A stretch of DNA of 64,000 bases from Bacteroidota bacterium (GCA_012729475.1 JAAYDB010000057.1:5203-69202), one strand, 5' to 3'. Positions 1 through 11,964 are shown, numbered from the stretch's first letter. The notes: generated from the letters alone by a model not told the origin. Made by a program: numbers and translations.

Positions 1-1
1 A

Positions 2-379
2 TTGTACAACGGTGATCAGAGACTGGAATCATCTTTCCTTGAATTTCCTTTGTTACTCAAGTACAAAGGCGACAGGCTTAACAATGTAAGACCATATGTG
101 ATAGGAGGATTTAATTTCAGGTACGATCTTGCTGCGAAGAAAGAGTTTGATGAAGACAGGGATGTTTATATAAGGATTAAAAAGCCTGATCTTTATTTCG
201 AAGCAGGAGCGGGACTGGATTTTTATCTTAAATATTTCAAATTATCTGTGGAGCTTAAGATGTCGAACGGAATGAGTAATGTATTGGTTGATGACCGATA
301 TGGCGGGCATGAAGAGTTCAGGAATTCGATAGAAAAGATGCGGTCGCGGATATGGATCATTGCCTTTCATTTTGAGTAA
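2..379 (+). CDS. C-terminal fragment of an outer-membrane beta-barrel protein (PorT-like family); 5' end lies outside the window
   Basis: ORF is open at the window edge. Alternating beta-strand pattern (YVIGGFNFRYDL, LYFEAGAGLDFYL, FKLSVELKM) is typical of small Bacteroidota OM barrels. Confidence 0.4.
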   Translation: MYNGDQRLESSFLEFPLLLKYKGDRLNNVRPYVIGGFNFRYDLAAKKEFDEDRDVYIRIKKPDLYFEAGAGLDFYLKYFKLSVELKMSNGMSNVLVDDRYGGHEEFRNSIEKMRSRIWIIAFHFE

Positions 380-381
380 TC

Positions 382-1947
<1,566 letters not shown>

Positions 1948-2078
1948 CATTAATTATTGCTTTTTTGACAAATGGAATGTTAACCTTCGTTAACCACGTA
2001 AGTATTGTAGTACAGCAAAAAAACCCTGGAAGGGTTGACTTCCAATTGATAATCCTGACTGACGGCAATCCTTACAGA

Positions 2079-2115
2079 GTTGAAGAAGTTGAAGAAGTTG
2101 AAGAAAGTTGAAGAA
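2079..2115. repeat. Tandem 9-nt repeat GTTGAAGAA, 4 copies (one carries an extra A), intergenic
   Basis: Read directly from the sequence: gttgaagaa gttgaagaa gttgaagaaa gttgaagaa. Confidence 0.9.
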
Positions 2116-2239
2116 CTTTCTGTCTGTTCTGATTTCAAAACTTTCTGTATCTGTTTCAATTCACATGCCTACAGGGAGCACGATAAGCATCTTTTCTATT
2201 GAGGGACTTATCTTCTGCGATCCTCATACTGAAAAAAAA

Positions 2240-3013
2240 CTATTCTGCTTTGTTTCTGGTGAACTCGTAAAAGATGATGGATGCAGCCATGCCCACATTG
2301 AGAGAATCGATGCCCGGTAATTTTACTGATGGTCCCGGGATGCTTATCCTGTGGGTGATCAGAGGAAGTAGTTTTTTGGATATTCCCCTGGATTCATTTC
2401 CCAGGAAAATAATTCCTTTACTGTTGGTTTTAGCGGAGTATATTGACTCACCATCGAGTGTTGCACCAAATATCCTGATATTTTTTTCAGCTGCCCTGAT
2501 AAGAAATCCCCTTATATCAGTGTAGAATACCCTTACATGGATAAGGGCTCCCATTGAAGCCTGTATTACTTTAGGATTGTATACATCCACACAGTTTTTC
2601 GAACAATAAATGTTTTTTATTCCAAACCAGGCGGCAGCACGGATAATAGTCCCCAGATTTCCAGGATCCTGTACTGAATCAAGTGCTGCGCATATACCTT
2701 CATCATATTTCCCGAACCCGGAGCTGATATCCGGAATCTGCACTACGGCAAGGGCATTGTGAGGTGTTTTAAGAGAGCTGATCTTCTTCAGTTCATCATA
2801 GCTTACGGGAATTATTTCTTCAGGGGGCAGTTTAAGACCGGCAGGAAGAGCCTGAATAAACTCAGGCTTGGCTATGATGGTTTTTATTTTTGCCTTTGAA
2901 GCAATATATTCTTTTACCAGCTTATCACCTTCTATCACATACAATTTCTCTTCTTCCCTCACTTTCTTTTTTTGAAGAGAGACAATAAAACCGGCTTTAC
3001 TCTTACTTATCAT
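2240..3013 (-). CDS. TrmH/SpoU-family RNA 2'-O-methyltransferase
   Basis: 257 aa. C-terminal SpoU motifs (DSVQDPGNLGTIIRAAAWFG, IIFLGNESRGIS, IPGPSVKLPGIDSLNVGMAASIIFYE). Confidence 0.8.
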   Translation of the reverse strand: MISKSKAGFIVSLQKKKVREEEKLYVIEGDKLVKEYIASKAKIKTIIAKPEFIQALPAGLKLPPEEIIPVSYDELKKISSLKTPHNALAVVQIPDISSGFGKYDEGICAALDSVQDPGNLGTIIRAAAWFGIKNIYCSKNCVDVYNPKVIQASMGALIHVRVFYTDIRGFLIRAAEKNIRIFGATLDGESIYSAKTNSKGIIFLGNESRGISKKLLPLITHRISIPGPSVKLPGIDSLNVGMAASIIFYEFTRNKAE

Positions 3014-3166
3014 TATAAAAACAGATTAATGATCAATTTATAAATTCTTACAGGGATCAATGTAAGAAAAACTATCTTGCTGTGGGCGAGGGAGAGGCTT
3101 TAAATATCTCCGCTCCCCTCTGCCTGTTCTGCGCTTTTTTTCTTCTGTCAGGAAGATTTTTATTGA

Positions 3167-3174
3167 TATATTTG
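3167..3174 (+). promoter_or_regulatory. Bacteroidota -7 promoter box TATATTTG upstream of the Omp85-family gene
   Basis: Matches the TAnnTTTG consensus, 24 nt upstream of the TTG start at 3198. Confidence 0.4.
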
Positions 3175-3197
3175 CGTTATTCACCGTAGTACAAAAT

Positions 3198-5537
3198 TTG
3201 GAAAAAATAATTTTAAATAAAAATCATTTGCTTCACCGTTCCATACTCTTTTTTCTTGTTGTGGTGCTGGTTGTAACAGCTTGTAATCCAACGAAGTATG
3301 TGCCAGTTAATGAATCTCTTCTCGATGAAGTGCATGTTGTTGTGAATAAGGAGGGTATAAAGAAGTCGGATTTATCGCCTTACATTAAACAAAAGCCAAA
3401 TAAAAGGATTTTCGGTGCTAAATTTCATCTGGGTCTTTATAATCTTTCAAATATAGAAAAAGAAAGATGGCCTCATTCATGGCTTCGTAATATTGGGGAA
3501 GAGCCTGTTATTTTCGATTCATATGCCAGTGAGAAATCGGTTGAACAGATACAATCTTACCTGGAATCGAAAGGATATTTTGACAGTCATGTTCTTGAGA
3601 CAATTGAAACATCCAACAGGAAGTCAAGGGTTTATTACAATGTGGATCTCAGGACCCCTTACATGATACGGAAGATATACTATGAGTTTGCTGATTCCAC
3701 AATAGAGAAGTTCTTTTATTTTGATTCAGTCAATTGTTTGATTGATAGGGGGAAGCCTTATGATGTTGATATCCTTCAGGCAGAAAGATTACGTTTTGAG
3801 AGGTTTATCAGAGACAGGGGCTTTTACGGTTTTTCGGCTGATCATATTTATTTTAATGTCGACAGTACTCCGGGGAACAGACAGGTGGACATTTATTATG
3901 GAGTACGTAAAGCCATGAAGATTGAAGATGGGGGCAGGATAAGTGATGAACCTCATTCAGTTTACCGGATAAGGAATGTATATGTTTTTCCTGACTTTGT
4001 TCCCCGTGATGCTCTGGAAGGAGGAGAGAGTTATCTCCGTAGTCTGGATACCACTATTGTTGAAGGGTATTATTTTATTAGTCCTGAAGATAAACCCGAG
4101 ATCAAACCTGATCTTATAAGTCAGTCTCTTTACATTAAACCGGGGTCAGTATTTAATGTTACGAACACCGAACAATCGAGGCAGCATATGCTTTCTCTTA
4201 AGACATTCCGGCTGGTAAATATTTTTTATAATGAAGTGACTGATCAGGATGCGCCGGAAGGATCTGAATATTTACTTGACTGTACCATACAGCTCACTCT
4301 TCTTAGTCAGCAATCTTTCAGGGTAGAGGTGGAAGGTACAAATTCAGCCGGTAATCTGGGGGGTGCTTTGAATTTTGTTTACCAGCATAAGAATCTGTTC
4401 CGGGGAGCAGAATTATTCAATTTGAAGTTAAAGGGAGCCTATGAGGCACTTAGTCAGAAAGATACTGTACGGAGTATACAGGAATATGGTATTGAGACAA
4501 GTCTGCGGCTTCCGAAATTCCTTCTGCCTTTCGTTCATACAGAAGAGTTTATAAAGAAGTACAATCCTACAACCACCTTACTGGCTTCATATAACTATCA
4601 GAATATGCCATTTTATACCCGTACTATGGCGAATGCTTCATTTGGATATACGTGGAGCGGGAATAATTACATCACACATATGGTTAATCCTCTGCAGCTC
4701 AATCTGGTAAATTTGCTGAGGATAGATCCGGAGTTTCTTGCAAGAATTGCATCATCTTCCTATCTGGCTTACAGCTACAGGGATGTCATGATTTTTGGCG
4801 GCAGCTATTCCTTTGTGTTCAGCAATCAGAATATCCAGAGGGCTTCTGATTTTTGGTTTCTGAGAATAAATGCCGAGACATCGGGTAATATGCTTGGGCT
4901 TATCGGTGATATTACTGATATGAACAAGAGTGATGGAACTTATGATGTTTTCGGCCAGCCTTTTGCGCAATATGTGAGGGCAGATTTTGATCTGCGGTAT
5001 AATATTATAATGAATGATGTGAGCTCTGTTGTATTCAGGGGATTTGCCGGTGCAGGTATCCCATACGGAAACTCAAGAGCTATGCCCTTTGAAAAACAGT
5101 ATTTCGGGGGTGGAGCTAACGGAATACGGGCCTGGCAGGTGAGGACACTGGGACCGGGATCTTATGTGCCCGATGAATCAAGATTTCTTAATCAGACAGC
5201 TGATATAAAGTTAGAAGCCAATGCCGAATACCGTTTCAATTTGTTCTGGATTCTTGAAGGAGCACTTTTCCTTGATGCCGGAAATATATGGTCGTACAGG
5301 GAAGATCCGACAAGACCCGGTTCACAGCTCAGTTACAAAAATTTCCTTAACGATATTGCTGTTGGAACAGGTGCCGGATTGAGATTCGACCTTAATTTTG
5401 TTCTGATGAGACTGGATATGGGAATGAAACTACGCGATCCCTGGATTTCTTCTGGTTCTAAATGGATACCGGCAAACCGCAAGTACGATTTCCGTGATGA
5501 TTTTGCTTTTGTCATAGCTATAGGTTATCCCTTCTGA
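3198..5537 (+). CDS. BamA/TamA (Omp85) family outer-membrane protein
   Basis: 779 aa. N-terminal TM/signal anchor, POTRA-like region, C-terminal surface-antigen barrel ending in an aromatic residue (GYPF). TTG start; no nearby in-frame ATG. Confidence 0.7.
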   Translation: MEKIILNKNHLLHRSILFFLVVVLVVTACNPTKYVPVNESLLDEVHVVVNKEGIKKSDLSPYIKQKPNKRIFGAKFHLGLYNLSNIEKERWPHSWLRNIGEEPVIFDSYASEKSVEQIQSYLESKGYFDSHVLETIETSNRKSRVYYNVDLRTPYMIRKIYYEFADSTIEKFFYFDSVNCLIDRGKPYDVDILQAERLRFERFIRDRGFYGFSADHIYFNVDSTPGNRQVDIYYGVRKAMKIEDGGRISDEPHSVYRIRNVYVFPDFVPRDALEGGESYLRSLDTTIVEGYYFISPEDKPEIKPDLISQSLYIKPGSVFNVTNTEQSRQHMLSLKTFRLVNIFYNEVTDQDAPEGSEYLLDCTIQLTLLSQQSFRVEVEGTNSAGNLGGALNFVYQHKNLFRGAELFNLKLKGAYEALSQKDTVRSIQEYGIETSLRLPKFLLPFVHTEEFIKKYNPTTTLLASYNYQNMPFYTRTMANASFGYTWSGNNYITHMVNPLQLNLVNLLRIDPEFLARIASSSYLAYSYRDVMIFGGSYSFVFSNQNIQRASDFWFLRINAETSGNMLGLIGDITDMNKSDGTYDVFGQPFAQYVRADFDLRYNIIMNDVSSVVFRGFAGAGIPYGNSRAMPFEKQYFGGGANGIRAWQVRTLGPGSYVPDESRFLNQTADIKLEANAEYRFNLFWILEGALFLDAGNIWSYREDPTRPGSQLSYKNFLNDIAVGTGAGLRFDLNFVLMRLDMGMKLRDPWISSGSKWIPANRKYDFRDDFAFVIAIGYPF

Positions 5538-5619
5538 TCAAAGAGTACAGGAAAATCATAATTTCCGGCTGAAAAATTTCAGAAAAAGTGTATATTGCAT
5601 TTGTCTCAATGCATTTCGT

Positions 5620-6273
5620 ATGGAAAGGTTTTTGCCCGGAGCTTTAAAGGAGTGGTTTGGATATACCCGCCGCGAGAGAAGATCCACTTTTCTTTTGTTC
5701 ATAATAATCATAGCAACAGGGGCTGTGAGGTTTATCATTCCGGAAAGAAGGATGTCTTCTGAAATAGTGCCTGTCGCTGAATATGTAGCAGATTATGCTT
5801 CTGCTGTTCCTGAAAGCGGCAAAAGATATACTTCTGAAAAAGAAATATATATGATTATCAACCAGTCAGGAGCAGACCTGCTTGATCTTAATCTTTGTGA
5901 TTCTGCTGACCTGGAAGCTCTTCCAGGTATAGGACCGGTGCTTTCAGCTAGAATAATTAAATACAGGAATCTCCTGGGAGGGTATGCATCAGTTGAGCAA
6001 CTAAGAGAAGTGTATGGTCTGAAGGAAGAGACATATAATCTTATTATGAAAAGGGTCAAAGCCAGTTCATCGGATGTTAAACAGATAGCTGTCAATACTG
6101 CCACATACAGACAGCTTTTAAGATTTCCCTATATTGACAGGGATGATGTTTCGGCGATACTCGGTTACAGGGAGCAGGAGGGGAGAATTATTAATATGAA
6201 GGTTCTTATTGAAAACAATATCCTTGATGAAGAAAAAGCAGGGAAAGCAGAGCCCTATCTTGATTTCCGGTAG
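5620..6273 (+). CDS. ComEA-like helix-hairpin-helix DNA-binding protein
   Basis: N-terminal TM segment plus HhH motifs (LEALPGIGPVLSARIIKYR). Confidence 0.65.
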   Translation: MERFLPGALKEWFGYTRRERRSTFLLFIIIIATGAVRFIIPERRMSSEIVPVAEYVADYASAVPESGKRYTSEKEIYMIINQSGADLLDLNLCDSADLEALPGIGPVLSARIIKYRNLLGGYASVEQLREVYGLKEETYNLIMKRVKASSSDVKQIAVNTATYRQLLRFPYIDRDDVSAILGYREQEGRIINMKVLIENNILDEEKAGKAEPYLDFR

Positions 6274-6492
6274 AGAGGTGTTTGTTTTACATTACTCATA
6301 TTACTTAGCAGAAAAAGCATTTTCCATATGATATTTAACAAATATTTAAGTCTTCATTTTTTGGATACAAAGAGTTAAAAGTGTATCTTTATTATCTGTA
6401 CTGAAATAATCAGATAATAATAATTATACAAATAAAACCTGTGCATATGAATAAATTATCACCATAAAATTTTGGAAAGGAAATAAATTTTT

Positions 6493-6500
6493 TAACTTTG
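6493..6500 (+). promoter_or_regulatory. -7 promoter box TAACTTTG upstream of rpsU
   Basis: TAnnTTTG match 30 nt upstream of the ATG at 6530, in an AT-rich gap. Confidence 0.5.
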
Positions 6501-6529
6501 CGCCTCGTTTTAAAACAGAAAATTCAATT

Positions 6530-6721
6530 ATGATAGTTGTACCAATAAAAGAAGGCGAGAACATAGAGAGGGCTCTGAAGAAGTTCAAAAGGAAATTTGA
6601 GAAGACAGGTGTGATGCGTGAATTACGGTCACGTCAGGCTTTTATAAAGCCTTCAGTGCGTCGCAGGGAAGAGATCAAGAAGGCTCAGTACGTACAGAAG
6701 ATGCAGGAGGACGAAGAGTAG
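6530..6721 (+). CDS. rpsU: 30S ribosomal protein S21
   Basis: 63 aa, IERALKKFKRKFEKTGVMRELRSRQAFIKPS is the S21 signature. Confidence 0.95.
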   Translation: MIVVPIKEGENIERALKKFKRKFEKTGVMRELRSRQAFIKPSVRRREEIKKAQYVQKMQEDEE

Positions 6722-6772
6722 TCTTCAGGTATCTTTCCGGGTAATTAACTTTTTAATATATGGGGTTCCTTG

Positions 6773-7660
6773 ATGGATCAAAAGGAATCGTTCTTAGAGT
6801 TTCTAGAAACTGAAAAGCGGTATTCTCCGCATACGGTCCGGTCGTACCGGAACGATCTGAATCAGTTTTTTTCTTTTTTACACACTAATGAAATACCGGA
6901 TGACCCCGGTGTTATAGACTCTCATCATATCCGGGCATGGATTGTAAGTATGATGGAAAGCGGTATGTCGGCTGTGAGTGTTCACAGGAAGATATCCTGT
7001 CTGAGGCGATTTTATCATTATCTGCGCAAGGAAGGGTTTGTAGGCAATGATCCACTGGAAAAGATAATACTTCCCAAAAGGAAGAAACGTCTTCCGGTAT
7101 TTGTAAAAGAAGAAGCACTTGATACACTTCTTGATGAGAATGATTTTGGAAATGATTTCAAGGGAGTTCAGAACCGTACTGTTATAGAGATGCTTTATTT
7201 TACGGGTATGCGCAGATCGGAGCTTACCGGATTACGGCTTGGAGATGTTGATCTGGAAGAAGGGTTGGTGAAAGTTACCGGGAAGCGCAATAAGCAGAGG
7301 ATAATACCTCTTGCGGGTAATTTCGTTAATCGTCTGAGAAGCTATATTAAGTTAAGGGAAGAAGTTCCTGCGGGGAAAAATACAGACTGGTTTTTTATTA
7401 CAGAAAAGGGCAACAAACTATACGACAAATGTGTTTATAATTTAGTTAAAACCTATCTGTCGATGGTTACCACAATAGAGAAGAGGAGTCCGCATATACT
7501 GAGGCACACTTTTGCTACGCACATGCTGAACAGGGGTGCTGATCTGAATGCTATTAAGGAGTTCCTCGGTCATGCCAATCTGTCGGCCACACAGGTTTAT
7601 ACACATAACACTTTTGAGAAGTTAAAAAAAATATATAAACAGGCTCATCCCAGAGCATAA
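6773..7660 (+). CDS. xerC: Tyrosine recombinase XerC/XerD family (housekeeping)
   Basis: Phage-integrase fold with R...HxLRHTFATH...Y catalytic residues. Sits in the conserved rpsU-xerC-hpf position. ATG at 6773, one codon after the TTG at 6770. Confidence 0.8.
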   Translation: MDQKESFLEFLETEKRYSPHTVRSYRNDLNQFFSFLHTNEIPDDPGVIDSHHIRAWIVSMMESGMSAVSVHRKISCLRRFYHYLRKEGFVGNDPLEKIILPKRKKRLPVFVKEEALDTLLDENDFGNDFKGVQNRTVIEMLYFTGMRRSELTGLRLGDVDLEEGLVKVTGKRNKQRIIPLAGNFVNRLRSYIKLREEVPAGKNTDWFFITEKGNKLYDKCVYNLVKTYLSMVTTIEKRSPHILRHTFATHMLNRGADLNAIKEFLGHANLSATQVYTHNTFEKLKKIYKQAHPRA

Positions 7661-7689
7661 ATTTTAATTAATAATCAGGAGGTACTGCT

Positions 7690-7989
7690 ATGAACATTCA
7701 GATTCACTCATTACGGTTTGATGCCGACCAGAAATTGCTTGATTTTGTTCATCAGAAAGTTGGGAAGTTAACTCAGTACGGAGAGGATATTGTTAATGCC
7801 GAAGTATATCTGAGGCTTGACAAGGATCAGTTGCGTGGTAATAAGATCAGCGAGATTAAACTGGATCTGTCGGGAGGCCCTTTATTTGCCAGGCGGCAAA
7901 GCAAATCATTTGAAGAGGCTACCGATGGAGCTGTGAATGCTCTTAAGAAGCAGATTGCCAGGCATAAGGAAAAAAAGAGAGGTGTGTAA
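7690..7989 (+). CDS. hpf: Ribosome hibernation promoting factor (HPF/RaiA family)
   Basis: 99 aa, short-HPF sequence pattern and conserved synteny upstream of the tRNA-tuf cluster. Confidence 0.8.
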   Translation: MNIQIHSLRFDADQKLLDFVHQKVGKLTQYGEDIVNAEVYLRLDKDQLRGNKISEIKLDLSGGPLFARRQSKSFEEATDGAVNALKKQIARHKEKKRGV

Positions 7990-8044
7990 ATATCCTGTTC
8001 TCAAAATTATTTTCATATATTTTGATAAATAAAATATTAATTCC

Positions 8045-8052
8045 TACATTTG
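8045..8052 (+). promoter_or_regulatory. -7 promoter box TACATTTG for the tRNA-tuf transcription unit
   Basis: TAnnTTTG match about 50 nt upstream of the first tRNA. Confidence 0.45.
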
Positions 8053-8104
8053 CAAACCGTTTTTTAAGGGTATTTTATGCATATACGGGGACGTTCTTTA
8101 ACTT

Positions 8105-8178
8105 GCCGATGTAGCTCAGTTGGCCAGAGCAGCTGATTTGTAATCCGCAGGTCGGGGGTTCGAATCCCTTCATCGGCT
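8105..8178 (+). tRNA. tRNA-Thr (anticodon UGU)
   Basis: Cloverleaf folded by hand: acceptor GCCGATG/CATCGGC, D-arm GCTC..GAGC, anticodon loop TTTGTAA, T-loop TTCGAAT. Confidence 0.85.
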
Positions 8179-8227
8179 CATGAAGATGTTTTGAATGGGT
8201 GTCTTAGGAGATTATTCTGTTTCAAGA

Positions 8228-8310
8228 GGGGAGATACCAAAGCGGCCAACTGGGGCAGACTGTAAATCTGCTGGCGAATGCCTTCGTAGGTTCGAATCCT
8301 GCTCTCCCCA
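8228..8310 (+). tRNA. tRNA-Tyr (anticodon GUA), long variable arm
   Basis: Acceptor GGGGAGA/TCTCCCC, anticodon stem GCAGA/TCTGC with loop CTGTAAA, T-loop TTCGAAT. Confidence 0.9.
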
Positions 8311-8381
8311 CTTAAGACAGGAGAAAGTTTTACACCGGATGGTAAAGTGTAAAGCAGAACAGGCCTCTTTGGACTATATAA

Positions 8382-8454
8382 GCGGGAGTAGCTCAGTTGG
8401 TAGAGCATTAGCCTTCCAAGCTAAGGGTCGCGGATTCGAATTCCGTCTCCCGCT
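8382..8454 (+). tRNA. tRNA-Gly (anticodon UCC)
   Basis: Acceptor GCGGGAG/CTCCCGC, anticodon stem TTAGC/GCTAA with loop CTTCCAA. Confidence 0.9.
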
Positions 8455-8465
8455 CCTTTTTTGAT

Positions 8466-8537
8466 GCCAGAGTAGCTCAGGGGTAGAGCACTTCCTTGGT
8501 AAGGAAGGGGTCAGGGGTTCAATTCCCCTCTCCGGCT
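8466..8537 (+). tRNA. tRNA-Thr (anticodon GGU)
   Basis: Anticodon stem CTTCC/GGAAG with loop TTGGTAA, T-arm AGGGG-TTCAATT-CCCCT. One A-C mismatch in the acceptor stem. Confidence 0.85.
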
Positions 8538-8598
8538 CAACAGGAACAGATTTTATTTAAATGATACAGATAATTTAATTTTTAATAAGCTTCGAGTT

Positions 8599-9786
8599 AT
8601 GGCAAAAGAAAAATTTGACAGGACGAAACCGCACGTAAATATTGGTACAATCGGTCATATTGACCATGGAAAAACCACTCTTACGGCAGCTATCACAATG
8701 GTCCTTCACAAAAGAGGTCTCTCAGACATAAGGGATTTCGACTCAATAGACAATGCTCCTGAAGAGAAAGAAAGGGGTATTACTATTAATACTGCTCACG
8801 TTGAGTATCAGACTGCAACACGACACTATGCACATGTCGACTGTCCCGGTCATGCTGACTATATCAAAAACATGGTTACAGGAGCTGCACAGATGGATGG
8901 TGCTATACTTGTTGTTGCAGCAACAGACGGACCAATGCCACAGACACGTGAACATATCCTTCTTGCTCATCAGGTCAATGTGCCGAAAGTTGTTGTTTTT
9001 ATGAATAAGGTTGATCAGGTTGATGATGAAGAACTTCTTGATCTTGTAGAGATGGAAGTACGCGATCTGCTTAACTTCTATAAATTTGATGGTGATAACG
9101 CACCTGTTATCCGCGGTTCAGCTCTTGGGGCAATGCATGGAGAAGATAAATGGGAAGAAAAAGTAGTTGAACTGATGGATGCTGTTGATGAATACATCCC
9201 CATACCTCCGCGTGAAAATCAGAAACCTTTCCTGATGCCCGTTGAAGACGTATTTTCTATAACAGGACGTGGTACAGTAGCTACAGGACGTATAGAAACA
9301 GGTGTTGTATGTACAGGCGACGAACTTGAAATGATAGGGCTTGGTGCTAACAAGCGCAAGACAGTATGTACAGGTGTTGAGATGTTCCGTAAAATACTGG
9401 ACAGGGGTGAGGCAGGTGATAATGTAGGCCTTCTGCTTCGCGGTGTAGATAAGAAAGAGATTAAAAGAGGTATGGTTCTTGCAAAACCCGGTTCAATAAC
9501 TCCTCATACAAAACTGAAAGCTGAAATATATGTTCTTAAAAAAGAAGAAGGTGGGCGTCATACTCCTTTCCATAACAAGTATCGTCCGCAGTTCTATGTA
9601 AGAACTCTTGATGTTACCGGGGAAATTACTCTTCCTGAAGGAACTGAAATGGTTATGCCAGGTGATAATGTAACAATAACGATTGACCTTATTTACCCGG
9701 TTGCAATAAATGTAGGACTGCGTTTTGCAATACGTGAAGGCGGAAGAACCGTTGGAGCTGGTGCAGTTACTGAGATTGTTGAATAG
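8599..9786 (+). CDS. tuf: Elongation factor Tu
   Basis: 395 aa, [22 protein letters not shown] GTPase motifs. Confidence 0.99.
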   Translation: MAKEKFDRTKPHVNIGTIGHIDHGKTTLTAAITMVLHKRGLSDIRDFDSIDNAPEEKERGITINTAHVEYQTATRHYAHVDCPGHADYIKNMVTGAAQMDGAILVVAATDGPMPQTREHILLAHQVNVPKVVVFMNKVDQVDDEELLDLVEMEVRDLLNFYKFDGDNAPVIRGSALGAMHGEDKWEEKVVELMDAVDEYIPIPPRENQKPFLMPVEDVFSITGRGTVATGRIETGVVCTGDELEMIGLGANKRKTVCTGVEMFRKILDRGEAGDNVGLLLRGVDKKEIKRGMVLAKPGSITPHTKLKAEIYVLKKEEGGRHTPFHNKYRPQFYVRTLDVTGEITLPEGTEMVMPGDNVTITIDLIYPVAINVGLRFAIREGGRTVGAGAVTEIVE

Positions 9787-9829
9787 AAGAGGTTTTGGAT
9801 ATATACGGTCTCAAAACAACGTGAGGTGT

Positions 9830-9859
9830 CGTAAAAACGCTTAAAAAAGCGTTTTTACG
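9830..9859 (+). terminator. Perfect 12-bp hairpin (CGTAAAAACGCT / AGCGTTTTTACG, 6-nt loop) between tuf and tRNA-Trp; possible processing or attenuation structure
   Basis: Inverted repeat read directly. No clean U-tract follows, so it may not be a full terminator. Confidence 0.35.
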
Positions 9860-9887
9860 TCTGTTCCTCAAGTTGGTACAGACAAAA

Positions 9888-9960
9888 ACGGGTGTAGCTC
9901 AGTTGGTAGAGCACTGGTCTCCAAAACCAGGTGTCGGGAGTTCGAGTCTCTCCTCCCGTG
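9888..9960 (+). tRNA. tRNA-Trp (anticodon CCA)
   Basis: Anticodon stem CTGGT/ACCAG with loop CTCCAAA, D-arm GCTC..GAGC, T-loop TTCGAGT. Ends are uncertain by about 2 nt. Confidence 0.85.
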
Positions 9961-9975
9961 CAAAAATGAAAGAAG

Positions 9976-10167
9976 ATGAGTTTAAAGAATTATTTTCAGG
10001 AATCATTCACCGAACTGGTCCATAAGGTCACATGGCCCACCTGGAGTGAACTTCAGAACAGTGCCGTGCTGGTGATGGTTGCCAGTCTGATAATTGCTCT
10101 TATTGTTGCTGCAATGGACTTTACATTCAGCAGGATAATGGAGGCTGTTTACAATTTGTTATATTAA
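9976..10167 (+). CDS. secE: Preprotein translocase subunit SecE
   Basis: 63 aa, single C-terminal TM helix, conserved position before nusG. Confidence 0.9.
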   Translation: MSLKNYFQESFTELVHKVTWPTWSELQNSAVLVMVASLIIALIVAAMDFTFSRIMEAVYNLLY

Positions 10168-10182
10168 ACCGGAGAGGTTTCA

Positions 10183-10731
10183 ATGAGTGAGGAAACTAAG
10201 AAGTGGTATGTGCTTAGAGCGATCGGAGGGAAGGAAAAAAAAGTTAAAGAGTATATCGATAACGAAGTTGTACGCCTTAAACTTGGAGATTATATCTCTC
10301 AGGTTCTTATTCCTACCGAAAAAGTCTATCAGATAAGATCAGGTAAGAAGATCAGTAAAGAAAGAACATTCTTCCCGGGCTATGTGCTCGTTGAAGCTGT
10401 ACTTGTTGGGGAGATACCTCACCTGCTGAAAAATGTTCCCAATGTAATCGGTTTCCTTGGTTCACAGGATGGCGAACCGGTACCCCTTAGAAAGGCTGAG
10501 ATCAACAGAATACTTGGTAAAGTTGACGAAATGAATGCCAGCGATGAAGAACTGAATGTGCCTTTCTTCGTGGGAGAAACGGTAAAAGTTATCGATGGTC
10601 CGTTCAATAGTTTCTCAGGTATTATTGAAGAAGTGAATGATGAGAAGAAAAAGCTCAAGGTGATGGTCAAAATTTTCGGCCGTAAAACACCTCTTGAGCT
10701 TAGTTTTATGCAGGTAGAAAAAGAAAACTAG
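10183..10731 (+). CDS. nusG: Transcription termination/antitermination factor NusG
   Basis: NGN domain ([15 protein letters not shown]) plus KOW motif ([21 protein letters not shown]). Confidence 0.95.
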   Translation: MSEETKKWYVLRAIGGKEKKVKEYIDNEVVRLKLGDYISQVLIPTEKVYQIRSGKKISKERTFFPGYVLVEAVLVGEIPHLLKNVPNVIGFLGSQDGEPVPLRKAEINRILGKVDEMNASDEELNVPFFVGETVKVIDGPFNSFSGIIEEVNDEKKKLKVMVKIFGRKTPLELSFMQVEKEN

Positions 10732-10814
10732 AGGAAAATATTGACGGGCATAATATTTATAATGCTTCCTGAATGACCGTCAGATACTCGCAATAAACAC
10801 GCAAATTTAAAATT

Positions 10815-11258
10815 ATGGCAAAAGAAGTTGCTGGACTAATAAAGTTACAGATTCGTGGCGGAGGAGCTAATCCATCACCGCCTGTCGGACCTGCTTTGGG
10901 CTCGAAGGGCGTAAATATCATGGATTTCTGTAAGCAATTTAATGCCAGGACCCAGGACAAAGCTGGGAAGGTGATACCGGTTGTTATAACAGTATATACT
11001 GATAAATCATTTGATTTTGTCACAAAAACGCCACCGGTAGCCGTTCAGCTTTTAGAAGTGGCCAGGTCTAAGAAAGGTTCAAAAGAACCTAACAGAGACA
11101 AAGTGGCACAGATTACATGGGACCAGGTAGAGACAATTGCAAAAGATAAAATGGAAGACCTGAATTGTTTTACTGTCAGGTCGGCTATGATGATGGTAGC
11201 TGGTACCGCAAGAAGTATGGGAATTGTCGTAAAAGGAGAATTCCCGAACAATATTTAA
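10815..11258 (+). CDS. rplK: 50S ribosomal protein L11
   Basis: [21 protein letters not shown] signature. Confidence 0.97.
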   Translation: MAKEVAGLIKLQIRGGGANPSPPVGPALGSKGVNIMDFCKQFNARTQDKAGKVIPVVITVYTDKSFDFVTKTPPVAVQLLEVARSKKGSKEPNRDKVAQITWDQVETIAKDKMEDLNCFTVRSAMMMVAGTARSMGIVVKGEFPNNI

Positions 11259-11268
11259 CTTAAGAAAC

Positions 11269-11964
11269 ATGACTAAACTTACCAAAAACCGTAAAACTGC
11301 CCTTGAAAAAATTGAAAAGGACAGATTCTATACGTTGAAAGAGGCATCATCACTGGTTAAGGAAATAACAAAAACCAAATTTGATGCTTCTGTCGACCTT
11401 GATGTAAGGTTAGGTATTGATCCGCGTAAATCCAACCAGATGGTCCGTGGAGTTGTTACTCTTCCTCACGGAACAGGAAAAGAAACACGGGTCCTTGTGC
11501 TCTGTACTCCCGATAAGGAAGCTGAAGCAAAAGAATCCGGTGCCGATTTTATTGGTCTCGATGAATATATCGAAAAAATAAAGGGAGGATGGACCGACGT
11601 GGATGTGATAATAACCATGCCATCAGTTATGGGAAAAGTAGGTCAGTTAGGAAGAATACTCGGTCCACGCGGACTGATGCCGAATCCTAAAAGTGGAACT
11701 GTCACTATGGAAATCGGAAAAGCTGTCAAGGAAGTGAAACAGGGAAAGATTGATTTCAAAGTAGATAAAAGCGGAATCATTCATACTTCTGTTGGAAAAG
11801 TCTCATTTGAACCTGTTAAGATTGCCGAGAATGTCAGGGAATTCATATCAACGGTAAACAAACTTAAACCGGCTGCAGCAAAAGGAACTTATATACGCAG
11901 CCTTTACCTGTCCAGTACAATGAGCCCGGGCATTAAAATTGATCCTAAAGAACTTGAAGATTAA
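11269..11964 (+). CDS. rplA: 50S ribosomal protein L1
   Basis: 231 aa, [24 protein letters not shown] signature. Confidence 0.97.
   Translation: MTKLTKNRKTALEKIEKDRFYTLKEASSLVKEITKTKFDASVDLDVRLGIDPRKSNQMVRGVVTLPHGTGKETRVLVLCTPDKEAEAKESGADFIGLDEYIEKIKGGWTDVDVIITMPSVMGKVGQLGRILGPRGLMPNPKSGTVTMEIGKAVKEVKQGKIDFKVDKSGIIHTSVGKVSFEPVKIAENVREFISTVNKLKPAAAKGTYIRSLYLSSTMSPGIKIDPKELED

Noticed and set aside
6773-7660. Tyrosine recombinase as a possible marker of an integrated mobile element
   Set aside because: It sits in the conserved Bacteroidota rpsU-xerC-hpf housekeeping context. There are no flanking repeats, no tRNA-target duplication and no cargo genes.
8178-8464. Two ORFs of 76 and 89 aa spanning the tRNA cluster
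   Set aside because: They are translations of the tRNA-Tyr, tRNA-Gly and tRNA-Thr genes and spacers. The cloverleaf structures explain the sequence.
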